Positions 40,392 to 49,070 of a stretch of DNA of 64,000 bases are shown piece after piece (position 1 is the first letter of the stretch; every line of letters begins with the position of its first letter). The stretch lies in IMG/VR virus record IMGVR_UViG_3300033562_000715; one strand, given 5' to 3'. A program made the position numbers and the translations under genes. Source of the DNA: an uncultured virus (IMG/VR IMGVR_UViG_3300033562_000715) (taxonomy: Duplodnaviria; Heunggongvirae; Uroviricota; Caudoviricetes). Below the pieces are notes generated by a model. It did no database searches. It had not been told where the DNA came from and was given only the letters and a program-made list of their open reading frames with translations.

Positions 40392-41048
40392 ATGAAAACA
40401 ACCATATTTGGTGTCGCAGAGTTAATACTTCTTGTGCTTACAATCGTAATTGTTGCTAGTATTTGTAACACTCAAAACAGGGATGTTAATATTAAGGATA
40501 ACGTAAGAGAAACCTTAGAGACTTCCTTAGACATTACCCTAGAACAAAAATCATATAGTATTTCAAATATAAGTGAGTTTATAACAGATTTATCAACAAC
40601 AATGTCATCTTACTTACCTGACAATACAGAGTTAGTACTTGATGTACAATCTTTAGATAATGTAGAAGGCTTAGTTTCAGTAAAAGCAACAGTCAACTAT
40701 ACCTTAGAAAGCACTGATAAGTCTAGTAGCATACCATCTAGTATTACTTGTACTAAAACAGTATTCTTAGATAAAGAAGACCCTTTGTATTATGAAAATA
40801 TAAAGCAGGGTAAAACTTTTACATTAACTTATCAATTACCTAATGTTTTAGGAGAACCTATAACATATAAGATTTATACTTTAGTTAATGAAGAAGCTAT
40901 AAAAATACCACCAGTACCAGTAATGGATTTAAACTCATTCCAAGGTTGGAAAGACGTAAACACGGGTATTCTTTATTCTGAAGCTACTTTAAAAGCTTTA
41001 CCTTTAAGTAAGAGTTATCAGTTTATTGCAGTATTTGTACCACTATAA
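40392..41048 (+). CDS. Minor pilin-like protein with C-terminal InlB B-repeat
   Basis: MKTTIFG plus TM helix; IPPVP....FQGWKD...FIAVF. Confidence 0.6.
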   Translation: MKTTIFGVAELILLVLTIVIVASICNTQNRDVNIKDNVRETLETSLDITLEQKSYSISNISEFITDLSTTMSSYLPDNTELVLDVQSLDNVEGLVSVKATVNYTLESTDKSSSIPSSITCTKTVFLDKEDPLYYENIKQGKTFTLTYQLPNVLGEPITYKIYTLVNEEAIKIPPVPVMDLNSFQGWKDVNTGILYSEATLKALPLSKSYQFIAVFVPL

Positions 41049-41063
41049 ATCAAATTATATATT

Positions 41064-41120
41064 AAAACAAGGTAATCTTATTTAGATTGCCTTGTTTTTA
41101 TGTTTAATCTATGGTAAACT
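41064..41120 (+). promoter_or_regulatory. Terminator-like hairpin overlapping a sigmaA promoter
   Basis: Stem 41064-41098; its 3' arm supplies -35 TTGTTT (41092), then 17 nt, TG and TAAACT (41115). Confidence 0.7.
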
Positions 41121-41151
41121 ATACTCATATATGAAAGGAGGCTTTTTAGTT

Positions 41152-41331
41152 ATGTTATTATCAGATTATTATGTTTCTCCTATAGTAAGCACTAGTAATA
41201 AGTTTAGTTTGTTAGAAGAGAACAATAAGAAGTCTTGTAAGCTTTCTAAAGATACTTCAGTTTCCACTGAAGGTTTGTCATTTAACGAATTATACAATAG
41301 TTTAAAGAAAGATAATGGAGGTAAGTTATGA
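41152..41331 (+). CDS. Small hypothetical protein (track TTG 41092 is the -35 box)
   Basis: AAAGGAGG RBS before ATG 41152. Confidence 0.55.
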   Translation: MLLSDYYVSPIVSTSNKFSLLEENNKKSCKLSKDTSVSTEGLSFNELYNSLKKDNGGKL

Positions 41332-41804
41332 TAAAGTCAAATTGTTGTTGTGCAAAGGTCATAAGAAAGGATAAAGGTGGTCAAGCTTGCTTATACTGTA
41401 GTTCTTGTGGTAAGTGGATTAAAAATGCTAACAAGGATGACCTAAGGGCTTTAGAAAACCTTAGTGTAAGTAGTTATTTATCACCTGGAGAACCAAAAAC
41501 TAAGAAGGATAATGTATTTGTTCAAGAGGGTATGATGGTTAATTCAATGTCATCTGTAATGGTTTCAAGAGACCCTAGCATGTTAGACAGCCTTATTCCT
41601 ACAGAACAGCTTACAAATCAGTTAAAAGATTTAGTATCTTATATTGATTATGCTATTAAACAGGAAGATGAACATTACCCATTATCTACTCTAGATGCAG
41701 CGAGAAAAGGTTCAAAGGTTTTTGAATTATCCAGGGTAAAAAATTCTCTTATAATGATTTTAGAAGGAAGGGGTATAAATGGTGGCGAGTTATGGAAAAG
41801 TTAA
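41328..41804 (+). CDS. N-terminal Zn-ribbon protein
   Basis: CCC...LYCSSCGKWIK. Confidence 0.6.
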   Translation: MIKSNCCCAKVIRKDKGGQACLYCSSCGKWIKNANKDDLRALENLSVSSYLSPGEPKTKKDNVFVQEGMMVNSMSSVMVSRDPSMLDSLIPTEQLTNQLKDLVSYIDYAIKQEDEHYPLSTLDAARKGSKVFELSRVKNSLIMILEGRGINGGELWKS

Positions 41805-42442
41805 AAATAGGTACAGTGGTATTAAATAATGAAACTAAACTTGAGAGTAGAATAGCTGACTTTGTAAAAAGGAATGGTTCAGATGAAGTATTTGTAGTCT
41901 TAAATGATGATAAAACTTATTCAGCTGAAGATTTTATAAAGTGTTATTCTTTAGTAGCTACAATATCTAAAGAGACTTTACCAGAATCATATGAAGTACT
42001 CTCTTGTATTCAAGACAGGGTATATGAAGTAAAAGAAAGCATTAAAGGTTCTGTAGTAACAGTATCTATTTATTCTGATGGTATACTTATTGCAGAGCGT
42101 GTTCACGATTTATCTGCAGAGCTTGTAGACGCAGGCGAAGATTATAACCCTGAAGAAGATATTGATTTCGTTGTATTGGTTAATGAAGGTAAGAATCATC
42201 ATTATGTTCACTATAGCATATCTTGGGGAATGGATTCTGATGAACTTTCTTGGGAAGGCTTTTCAGTAGTAATGGAATTTGATAACAACTGTAAGATGCT
42301 TGCTTGTGAGACCTCAAGCACATGTGATGCTGAGCAGATTCCTGAGTGGTCTTATTGGGGTGTTACTGATTCGCTTAGGAGACGTATCTTTGTAATGGGA
42401 AGGGAAATAGTAAGGAAAGAGGGTAGTAATTTTTCTCTTTAG
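41792..42442 (+). CDS. Hypothetical protein, paralog of 42542
   Basis: Shared VVTVSI..DG.....VHDLS, NEGK..HY, ISWG, W.GFSV.MEFD..CK...CETSS. Confidence 0.75.
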   Translation: MEKLKIGTVVLNNETKLESRIADFVKRNGSDEVFVVLNDDKTYSAEDFIKCYSLVATISKETLPESYEVLSCIQDRVYEVKESIKGSVVTVSIYSDGILIAERVHDLSAELVDAGEDYNPEEDIDFVVLVNEGKNHHYVHYSISWGMDSDELSWEGFSVVMEFDNNCKMLACETSSTCDAEQIPEWSYWGVTDSLRRRIFVMGREIVRKEGSNFSL

Positions 42443-42541
42443 AAATTATATAAGGAAGTTAAGGTATAGAGCTATGACTATAATAACTCTATATTAGTTA
42501 ATAAATAACTTATATTTACTAAATTTGTTTCTTTAGAGAAA

Positions 42542-43033
42542 GTGGGGTTCCAAATGATTAAAGGTTTGTTAAAGAGGGTAAAGCTAAAGGGTAGTATAAG
42601 GAAAGATAGTACAGATAAACCTATTTGTGCTATTACTCAAGAGTATACCATATCACATAGGGTAGATGGCTATGTAGTAACAGTTTCTATTTCTGTAGAT
42701 GGTGTAATAATTGAAGAGTATGTTCATGATTTATCTTTTCATTTCAGAGATATTAAAAGTGTTTATAATTTAGAAGAGGATATGGAGTTTAATCTTTTAA
42801 TAAATGAAGGAAAAAGCCAACACTATATAAGCTATGATATATCATGGGGTTTGAACTCTACTGAAGTATTATGGGTGGGTTTTTCAGTAATCATGGAATT
42901 TGATAGGAGTTGTAAATTAGTCGACTGTGAAACTTCTAGTGTAAGAGATGCTAACGAGATTATTGAGTGGTACTACCATAAACCTACGGACTCTGTTAAG
43001 GAGCTCGTATTTTATGGTGGTTCAGCATATTAA
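42542..43033 (+). CDS. Hypothetical protein, paralog of 41792
   Basis: Same motifs as 41792. Confidence 0.72.
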   Translation: MGFQMIKGLLKRVKLKGSIRKDSTDKPICAITQEYTISHRVDGYVVTVSISVDGVIIEEYVHDLSFHFRDIKSVYNLEEDMEFNLLINEGKSQHYISYDISWGLNSTEVLWVGFSVIMEFDRSCKLVDCETSSVRDANEIIEWYYHKPTDSVKELVFYGGSAY

Positions 43034-43067
43034 CTCTATTGTGTAAAATTAAAATAATTAGTAGAAA

Positions 43068-43316
43068 GTGGGTGTTTTAATGGGATTTTTAAGATGTCAT
43101 ACATGTGGAAAGACTTTGAGTGTACTAGATAATAGTAATATATATTGTAGTAGATGTAGAAACAAAGAACTTTTGAAAGCTAAACTCGAAGAAGAAGAGT
43201 TTGTAAAAAAAGGAATGGAGCAAATCTTGGGGGACTCTAAATTAAGGGTTTTAAACGATATGGCTAACAACCTTGAATCCGTTGAGGAAGAAGAGGAAGA
43301 GGATTTCTTACGTTAA
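43068..43316 (+). CDS. Small Zn-ribbon protein with acidic tail
   Basis: CHTC...YCSRC. Confidence 0.6.
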   Translation: MGVLMGFLRCHTCGKTLSVLDNSNIYCSRCRNKELLKAKLEEEEFVKKGMEQILGDSKLRVLNDMANNLESVEEEEEEDFLR

Positions 43317-43344
43317 ATATAAAGAGTCTTAAGGAGAATAGAAA

Positions 43345-43794
43345 ATGGTCAAACTTATTGAAGAACTAAGAAGCAACGCTGAAAATATACATGAATTAAC
43401 TAGTAATGAAAAAGTAGGTACTCACGCTATAACTGTTGAAAAAGCAATAGAACTTGTTACAAAACATGAGAATGTTGGGTGGATTAGTATTAAAGAAAAA
43501 CTCCCACCTTGTGAAACAGAAGTACAAATAACAACCCGAAGAAGAGATAAACAAAGGACTTATTACATTGTAACAAATGCCTTTTATGAAGATGGTACAA
43601 TGCCAACAGAAGATAGTGATTGGACTTGGATCGAATGTGACTTTAAGACTTGGGATGAAGAAGCTGATTGTTACTTAATTGATGAAGGATGGTGGGAATA
43701 CAAGCATTATAACCCTGAAGGAGAGTATAATAACTCAGTAGATGATGAGGTAATTGCTTGGAGAGAATTACCTAACCCTTATAAGGAGGTATAG
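43345..43794 (+). CDS. DUF551-like phage/MGE protein
   Basis: WISIKEKLP...VIAWRELPNPYKE. Confidence 0.75.
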   Translation: MVKLIEELRSNAENIHELTSNEKVGTHAITVEKAIELVTKHENVGWISIKEKLPPCETEVQITTRRRDKQRTYYIVTNAFYEDGTMPTEDSDWTWIECDFKTWDEEADCYLIDEGWWEYKHYNPEGEYNNSVDDEVIAWRELPNPYKEV

Positions 43795-43796
43795 GT

Positions 43797-44054
43797 ATGG
43801 AACTCAATGAATATTGGTCAGCAAAAGTATATGAAGAGTATGTGGATATGCTAGATAAGCAGAAAATGCAAAATCATAGCTATAATTGTGAGAGAACAGC
43901 ACCTCATGTCATACATAGTGCAAAAGTGTACAAGGATGGTGACAAGTATTGTTGCTTGCTTGGAGACAATGTACAAGAGGGTATATGTGGGTTTGGAAAT
44001 ACCCCAAAAGAAGCTTGTGCAGAATTTGATAGGGTTTGGATAGAAGGTGAATAA
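43797..44054 (+). CDS. Small MGE-type hypothetical protein
   Basis: AAGGAGG RBS; LGDNVQEGICGFGNTPKEA. Confidence 0.65.
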   Translation: MELNEYWSAKVYEEYVDMLDKQKMQNHSYNCERTAPHVIHSAKVYKDGDKYCCLLGDNVQEGICGFGNTPKEACAEFDRVWIEGE

Positions 44055-44823
44055 GCAGATGAACAGTAAACTTAGTGGAACTTCAAAGGGTAACCAAGCT
44101 AAGGAATGGACTGATAATGGTTCAACTCTAATTAAATATGACTCTATTAATTGGTACGAAAGTATTTCTGAAGTACTTGTTTCAGAACTCTTAAGTCATA
44201 TTAAAGGCTTTAAGGCTGGCATAGACTATGTAGACTACACTTGGGTAAATGACAAAGGAAACTCTGCTTGTAGTTGTCAGAACTTCTTAAAAGAAGGTGA
44301 GTTTGTTATCTCTTTATACGCTTTAATTGAAGGATATAACTTTAAAGACCTTAGTGGTTTTGAGTTAAAGAATGCTATTTGTGGTATAATATTTATGGAA
44401 ACAGGTCTGAATATAGAAGAGTATCTGTCTTGTATGATGTATATAGATGCTATGGTTTTAAATGAAGACAGGCACCTGAGAAACATCTCTTTTATTTCAA
44501 ATGGAACCTCTGTAAGACTTACACCATATTATGACTTTGGCTTAAGTTTAATGTCAGATAAAACTATGTATGAAAATATAGAAGATCTTTCTTTTGTAAA
44601 GTCTCAACCATTTAGTACAGACTTTATAGAACAAGCTAATCTTTTTATCAACCCAGATATTAGGTTAGACTATGAAAAATTGGTACTTAAGCTAAACCAT
44701 GTTGTTAATCATAGTTCTTCATATATTAGTATTGAATCCAAAGCTAGTGACTTAGAGAGAGCAATTTTTGTATTATTAAGGAGATTGAGGGAAACGGAAG
44801 GTGTCTTATGGAAAAGGGTATAA
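44047..44823 (+). CDS. HipA/CtkA-family Ser/Thr kinase
   Basis: SKGNQAK Gly loop, IK, SE, catalytic NEDRHLRN, PYYDFG. Confidence 0.82.
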   Translation: MNKQMNSKLSGTSKGNQAKEWTDNGSTLIKYDSINWYESISEVLVSELLSHIKGFKAGIDYVDYTWVNDKGNSACSCQNFLKEGEFVISLYALIEGYNFKDLSGFELKNAICGIIFMETGLNIEEYLSCMMYIDAMVLNEDRHLRNISFISNGTSVRLTPYYDFGLSLMSDKTMYENIEDLSFVKSQPFSTDFIEQANLFINPDIRLDYEKLVLKLNHVVNHSSSYISIESKASDLERAIFVLLRRLRETEGVLWKRV

Positions 44824-45149
44824 ACTTTGAGTTTTTAAATCAAAACAAAGTGGTCTGTAGCGTAAATGACGGTGTTATTACCTATTACACAGACAACTTT
44901 TTAGAGAAGGTAATGTGTCCAAAAGACTTTCATAGTTTAGACTACTTCTTTAGAGAGCGTACTTTTCCTGAAACTAGAGTAAACTGCAAACAAGTTTTAA
45001 AACATCTAGGTTTAACTTACTTTGATGCATACGAAGTTTGTAAGAAAACTCATGGAGCCTTAGTAGATGATACTTTTTGGATTCGCTTTGAAGGTGAATC
45101 TTATGTATATGAAGATGTTAGAGTTGCTATAAGAGAGGGGAATGTATAA
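44808..45149 (+). CDS. HipA N-terminal-like (HipS-like) partner protein
   Basis: FFRERTFPETR....LKHLGL..FD......THG...DDTFWIRF; overlaps the kinase stop. Confidence 0.6.
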   Translation: MEKGINFEFLNQNKVVCSVNDGVITYYTDNFLEKVMCPKDFHSLDYFFRERTFPETRVNCKQVLKHLGLTYFDAYEVCKKTHGALVDDTFWIRFEGESYVYEDVRVAIREGNV

Positions 45150-45151
45150 AA

Positions 45152-45796
45152 ATGGGAGACTTTAATGGTGTTGGGGTAGACGTAGGAGAACTACGTTATG
45201 AAGGTAAGTTGGTAGGTCACCGTATTTTAATTACTTACTTAGGAGATATAGCAAAGGTCTTTGCTAGAGTAGATATGCATCTCGACCCTAAATTAAAAAG
45301 TACTTTAGAGCGTTGCAAAGAACAAGGTTTAGTTGTAAGACCTGCAGGAAAAGCTAGAGAAGGTAAATTCAATGAAAGGACAGGTACTATTTGTTTCGGT
45401 AATGACCAATACTTTATTGAATTACAGGAAGCAAAGAGTTTGATTCCTATGTTAAAGCTTGCAGCAGGTGCTAATGAAAAGCTAAGTAAAATTAAGGATA
45501 ATTTCGAAAGTATTATTTGCAATAAGATACTACTAAAGTTAAGTGAGCAGGGTATCGAAATTCCAAGTTCGAGAGACGAGCGTTTTAACGCTAGTGAACT
45601 TCAATATTCAGGTAGGTTTATTGGTGGTTTCGGTGCTTGGTCAGGTGGTGATGGAGATATCTGTGATGCCGATAAAGTTAGTAACAGGGTAACTAAAGCC
45701 TTGAAAGAAATCATTGATATATTTAATAAAGACAATGGCACAGGTGCTTATTTTCAGGTAGGTGAGAAAGCTTGGATTTATATATTTATAGAATAA
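45152..45796 (+). CDS. Hypothetical protein, paralog family X
   Basis: F.G.G.DV.EL..EG.LVGHR.L.TYLG and GEK.WIYI shared with the ORF at 46504. Confidence 0.75.
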   Translation: MGDFNGVGVDVGELRYEGKLVGHRILITYLGDIAKVFARVDMHLDPKLKSTLERCKEQGLVVRPAGKAREGKFNERTGTICFGNDQYFIELQEAKSLIPMLKLAAGANEKLSKIKDNFESIICNKILLKLSEQGIEIPSSRDERFNASELQYSGRFIGGFGAWSGGDGDICDADKVSNRVTKALKEIIDIFNKDNGTGAYFQVGEKAWIYIFIE

Positions 45797-45825
45797 GAAT
45801 AGAAGAGATTGAAGCATAAAAAACA

Positions 45826-46492
45826 TAAGAAATTAAACTAATAGTTAAATAAAAGTGTATTGGAGATGACGATGTTAGATTTGCTATAAGAAAAGGAGAA
45901 TGACAAATGGAAGCAATGAAGTTTAAAGAGGGTCAATATTATGAAGAATCAGGTAAGTATTATTATACAGTAGAGAGGATAAGGGATAATATCTTATACG
46001 TAACTGGTGAAACTTACGATTGTGATGGTGCTAATTCTTACTCGGATGAGTTTGAAATTCTCAGAGATAGTGTTGGTAATGAATATTTTATATGCAGTGA
46101 GGGTACTGTTGAGGCTAAAGAACTTTCAGGTGTAGGTATAAATGTTGCAAGATTGCTTTACAAGGGTTCTTTCATGGGTATCAGAGTTACTATATATCTT
46201 ACTAGGTTTGATCATAGTATATATTATGCAGGGGACATAAGTCTTAGTTCAAGTTCTTATTATTCTTTAAAGGATGAACTTACGAAAAACGGTTTAATGG
46301 TAAGAAACGCTACAGATATGCGAAATTGTTCTCTAAGTTTAGAAGGTGTTCTAGATAAAGAAACGGGTATTATTTCTTTTGGTCAAGATCGGTCTTATAA
46401 TGAAATAGACTCTACTGAAACTCTATTAAACCTTATAAGAAAAGTTTCTAAGAAATTAGACTAATAATTAGACAAAAGTGTATTGGAGATGA
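45826..46492 (+). repeat. 44-bp direct repeat pair (45826-45869 and 46449-46492)
   Basis: 40/44 identical by manual alignment; brackets ORF 45907. Confidence 0.85.
45907..46464 (+). CDS. Hypothetical protein; C-terminal half related to the family X N-domain
   Basis: SGVGINVARLLYKG.FMG.R and GIISFGQD resemble ORFs 45152 and 46504. Confidence 0.7.
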   Translation: MEAMKFKEGQYYEESGKYYYTVERIRDNILYVTGETYDCDGANSYSDEFEILRDSVGNEYFICSEGTVEAKELSGVGINVARLLYKGSFMGIRVTIYLTRFDHSIYYAGDISLSSSSYYSLKDELTKNGLMVRNATDMRNCSLSLEGVLDKETGIISFGQDRSYNEIDSTETLLNLIRKVSKKLD

Positions 46493-46503
46493 GGGAGACA
46501 GGT

Positions 46504-47145
46504 ATGAATGAATTTAAGGGTATTGGTTTAGATGTGTCAGAGTTAACACTAGAGGGTGTACTAGTAGGTCATAGACTATTAGTAACGTATCTTGGTAGTA
46601 TAAATAAGATATTCTCGAGAGTGGACTTGCGTTTAACTTCAGATTTTGAAAGCTTTTTAGTAGATGCACACGGTATGGGTATAGAGGTAAGAAGAGCAGG
46701 AAACCAAATAGAAGGTAAGCCTGACAAGGAACAATGTATGATTTACTTTGGTAATGACTCTTATTTTATAGAACTAGACAAATCTGTAGAGTTAGTACCT
46801 ATTTTAAAAGTAGCTCATCTTGCTTCAGAAAGGCTTAAACCTATATTAAAGGATTTTGAAATTATAATAAGAAAAGACTTACTTTTCTTCTTATACAGTA
46901 GAGGTGTAGAGTTGTCAGACAAGAGTGATGAGGTTTTTGATGCTAATAATCTTTGTTACTCTTGCAGATTCTTAGGTGGTACAGACGCATGGTCAGGTTA
47001 CAATGATATTTGTGAAGAGGGTACGCTTAATAAAAAGGTTTTAAACGCATTAATTATTTGCTTAGATGATTTTAATGAAAAATATAAAGTCACTGCATAT
47101 TATAGTATGGGTGAAAAAGGTTGGATTTATATTTATGTAAGATAG
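46504..47145 (+). CDS. Hypothetical protein, paralog family X (track start 46483)
   Basis: ATG 46504 (MNEFKG) aligns with MGDFNG of 45152; GGGAG RBS. Confidence 0.72.
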   Translation: MNEFKGIGLDVSELTLEGVLVGHRLLVTYLGSINKIFSRVDLRLTSDFESFLVDAHGMGIEVRRAGNQIEGKPDKEQCMIYFGNDSYFIELDKSVELVPILKVAHLASERLKPILKDFEIIIRKDLLFFLYSRGVELSDKSDEVFDANNLCYSCRFLGGTDAWSGYNDICEEGTLNKKVLNALIICLDDFNEKYKVTAYYSMGEKGWIYIYVR

Positions 47146-47165
47146 TGAGAAAGTAATGGTCAAAC

Positions 47166-47219
47166 ACAAGGTAATCTTTATAGGATTACCTTGTTTTGTT
47201 GTATAAGAGGTGTTATAAT
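47166..47219 (+). promoter_or_regulatory. Terminator-like hairpin overlapping a sigmaA promoter (second copy)
   Basis: acaaggtaatc/gattaccttgt stem; -35 TTGTTT (47191), 17 nt, TG, TATAAT (47214). Confidence 0.72.
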
Positions 47220-47252
47220 ATTTATATAGAGGATTAAATAGGAGGTTTTAGT

Positions 47253-47555
47253 ATGGCTTACTTAGAAGAGGGTAGAATAAGAAAGTTTAGTGGTAATGTA
47301 GAAGCAATGGAAGTACCTTTAAAATTGGGTTTATCCCTTGTGTGTAAAAAGGGTTTAAGACTATATTCAGATGGGTTAGAACCTAATGAGTATATGTTTT
47401 ACAAGGGTGATGGTATTTACTATGAGGATAATTGCTTTATAGGTAAAGATGACTCTAACTCTTGCGAAAGGCTTTTGCAATTAGAATGGGTGCTAAATCA
47501 TAGGTTCTTTATATCTAAAGAATTACATTCAAGCTTATATAAACTTGGTGTGTAG
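47253..47555 (+). CDS. Hypothetical protein
   Basis: AGGAGG RBS downstream of the promoter. Confidence 0.65.
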   Translation: MAYLEEGRIRKFSGNVEAMEVPLKLGLSLVCKKGLRLYSDGLEPNEYMFYKGDGIYYEDNCFIGKDDSNSCERLLQLEWVLNHRFFISKELHSSLYKLGV

Positions 47556-47605
47556 AGTAGCTACTAATTAATGAGTTTTAGAAGGGTATAAAGAAAGGGT
47601 TATAT

Positions 47606-48034
47606 ATGAATACTTTTGAAAGAAAAGAAATATTAACTTCGGAATTTTTATATAATGTTTCAGGCTTTTTGAAATGTGCAGGTTATTCTGTAGAAGTTAT
47701 TGATGCAGAAAGTTACTTACGTTATATCAAGGAGAAAGAATACAAAGAAGATTTTGTAAAGGTTATGATTAAGAGTGGTGTTTACTGTTTATCCTTAGGG
47801 GTAATCAACCTTGAAGACGGTATTTCTTCATGGAACAATGTTTGTAAGGTAAAAGGTTCTGAAATAGATTTAGGCGAGGGGTATCAGGCAGCCTTAATTC
47901 TAACTGAAGGCTCTCCAGACACCGAAGACACTTATTCAGTAGAGTACAGTATGTTAAGAAACAACACCTTAACTTCTTACACAGATATTGCAGACTTATT
48001 TATCCAAAATCTAAAACTGATGGAAGGGGTGTAA
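47606..48034 (+). CDS. Hypothetical protein
   Basis: 142 aa ORF with RBS. Confidence 0.6.
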   Translation: MNTFERKEILTSEFLYNVSGFLKCAGYSVEVIDAESYLRYIKEKEYKEDFVKVMIKSGVYCLSLGVINLEDGISSWNNVCKVKGSEIDLGEGYQAALILTEGSPDTEDTYSVEYSMLRNNTLTSYTDIADLFIQNLKLMEGV

Positions 48035-48037
48035 AGA

Positions 48038-48865
48038 ATGTTAGCAAAACATCATTTTGATGACTGTCCATACCATTGTAATATTAATGGTAAGATTGTA
48101 GATGCTAACCTTGGTAAGATGATTGATTGTCCTTTTTGTTCTAAGAAGAAAAAGGAGTTGCTTAAACAAGGTTATGTAGAGACTGATAATGAAACAACCG
48201 TTTCTTTATCTTCTGTATTGGGAATTGAAAATGAGTTCTTATCAACTAAGTTCATATATGAGTCTATTATACCAGATGGTGAACGTATTTTCATTGATGA
48301 TGAGTCTTTACAATGGCAATCAGAAGTATCAGAAAAGGTATATTTGGATTTAGCCTTAGGAATTTTACCAAAAGAAAGTATTTGCTTTGGGTTATCAATA
48401 AAGGGTAGGCTTGAAAGATTTGCATATCCTCTGTTAGCTAAAGCCTATTTAGCAGGTTTAACAGTTGGTATGTTTGTTACATGCTCGGAGTTCAATAGAC
48501 TTTCCTTTGATATTAGTAATTCAATGAAAGACTTTTATGGCTCAGATTTATTGATTATGCTAATAAATGATGGATGTAACTTATCAGACTTAGCAAGTGC
48601 AAAAGGTTTAATGCAAACTAGAGCCCTAAAGGGTAAACCGACAATCTTTTTAACAACATGGACTATTGAGGCATGTAGTGGTCTTTTAGGTTTTAATGGT
48701 GATTCTAGTTTATCTTTAGCAAAACCAGTATTTGTAAAATACAAAACATCTAAATCTAAAGGTCATTCTTCTTACATTAATGGTCTATTAGGGGTAGAGA
48801 ATGAATCCTTAGCTAACGAAAGTCCAGCTAAGAGTGTTTCAATGGCAGATTTAATAAAGTTTTAA
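48038..48865 (+). CDS. Zn-binding, degenerate DnaC/IstB-like protein
   Basis: N-terminal CPYHC...CPFC; SDLLIM at the Walker B position; R..KGKPTIFLTT; no GKT. Confidence 0.5.
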   Translation: MLAKHHFDDCPYHCNINGKIVDANLGKMIDCPFCSKKKKELLKQGYVETDNETTVSLSSVLGIENEFLSTKFIYESIIPDGERIFIDDESLQWQSEVSEKVYLDLALGILPKESICFGLSIKGRLERFAYPLLAKAYLAGLTVGMFVTCSEFNRLSFDISNSMKDFYGSDLLIMLINDGCNLSDLASAKGLMQTRALKGKPTIFLTTWTIEACSGLLGFNGDSSLSLAKPVFVKYKTSKSKGHSSYINGLLGVENESLANESPAKSVSMADLIKF

Positions 48866-48880
48866 AATATGATATCTTTT

Positions 48881-48910
48881 AGGTACAACCAGAAATGGTT
48901 GTATCTTTTT
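48881..48910 (+). terminator. Rho-independent terminator
   Basis: aggtacaacca-gaaa-tggttgtatct followed by a T-run. Confidence 0.7.
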
Positions 48911-49070
48911 GATTATATATTAAAGTACGAAGAATACTTATGTAGTGCATGAAGTGTTTGAATTCTGTTAGGAAGCACTTCATTTTTCTAATGATATTTG
49001 TTAATATTATGTATATAGGAAAGTTGCGTGTAGTTTCAGGCGACAATTAAATTAATTTAGGAGGATTGAG

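Noticed and set aside
41092..41151. N-terminal extension of the track ORF 41092-41331
   Set aside because: The TTG is the -35 box inside a hairpin; the RBS supports ATG 41152.
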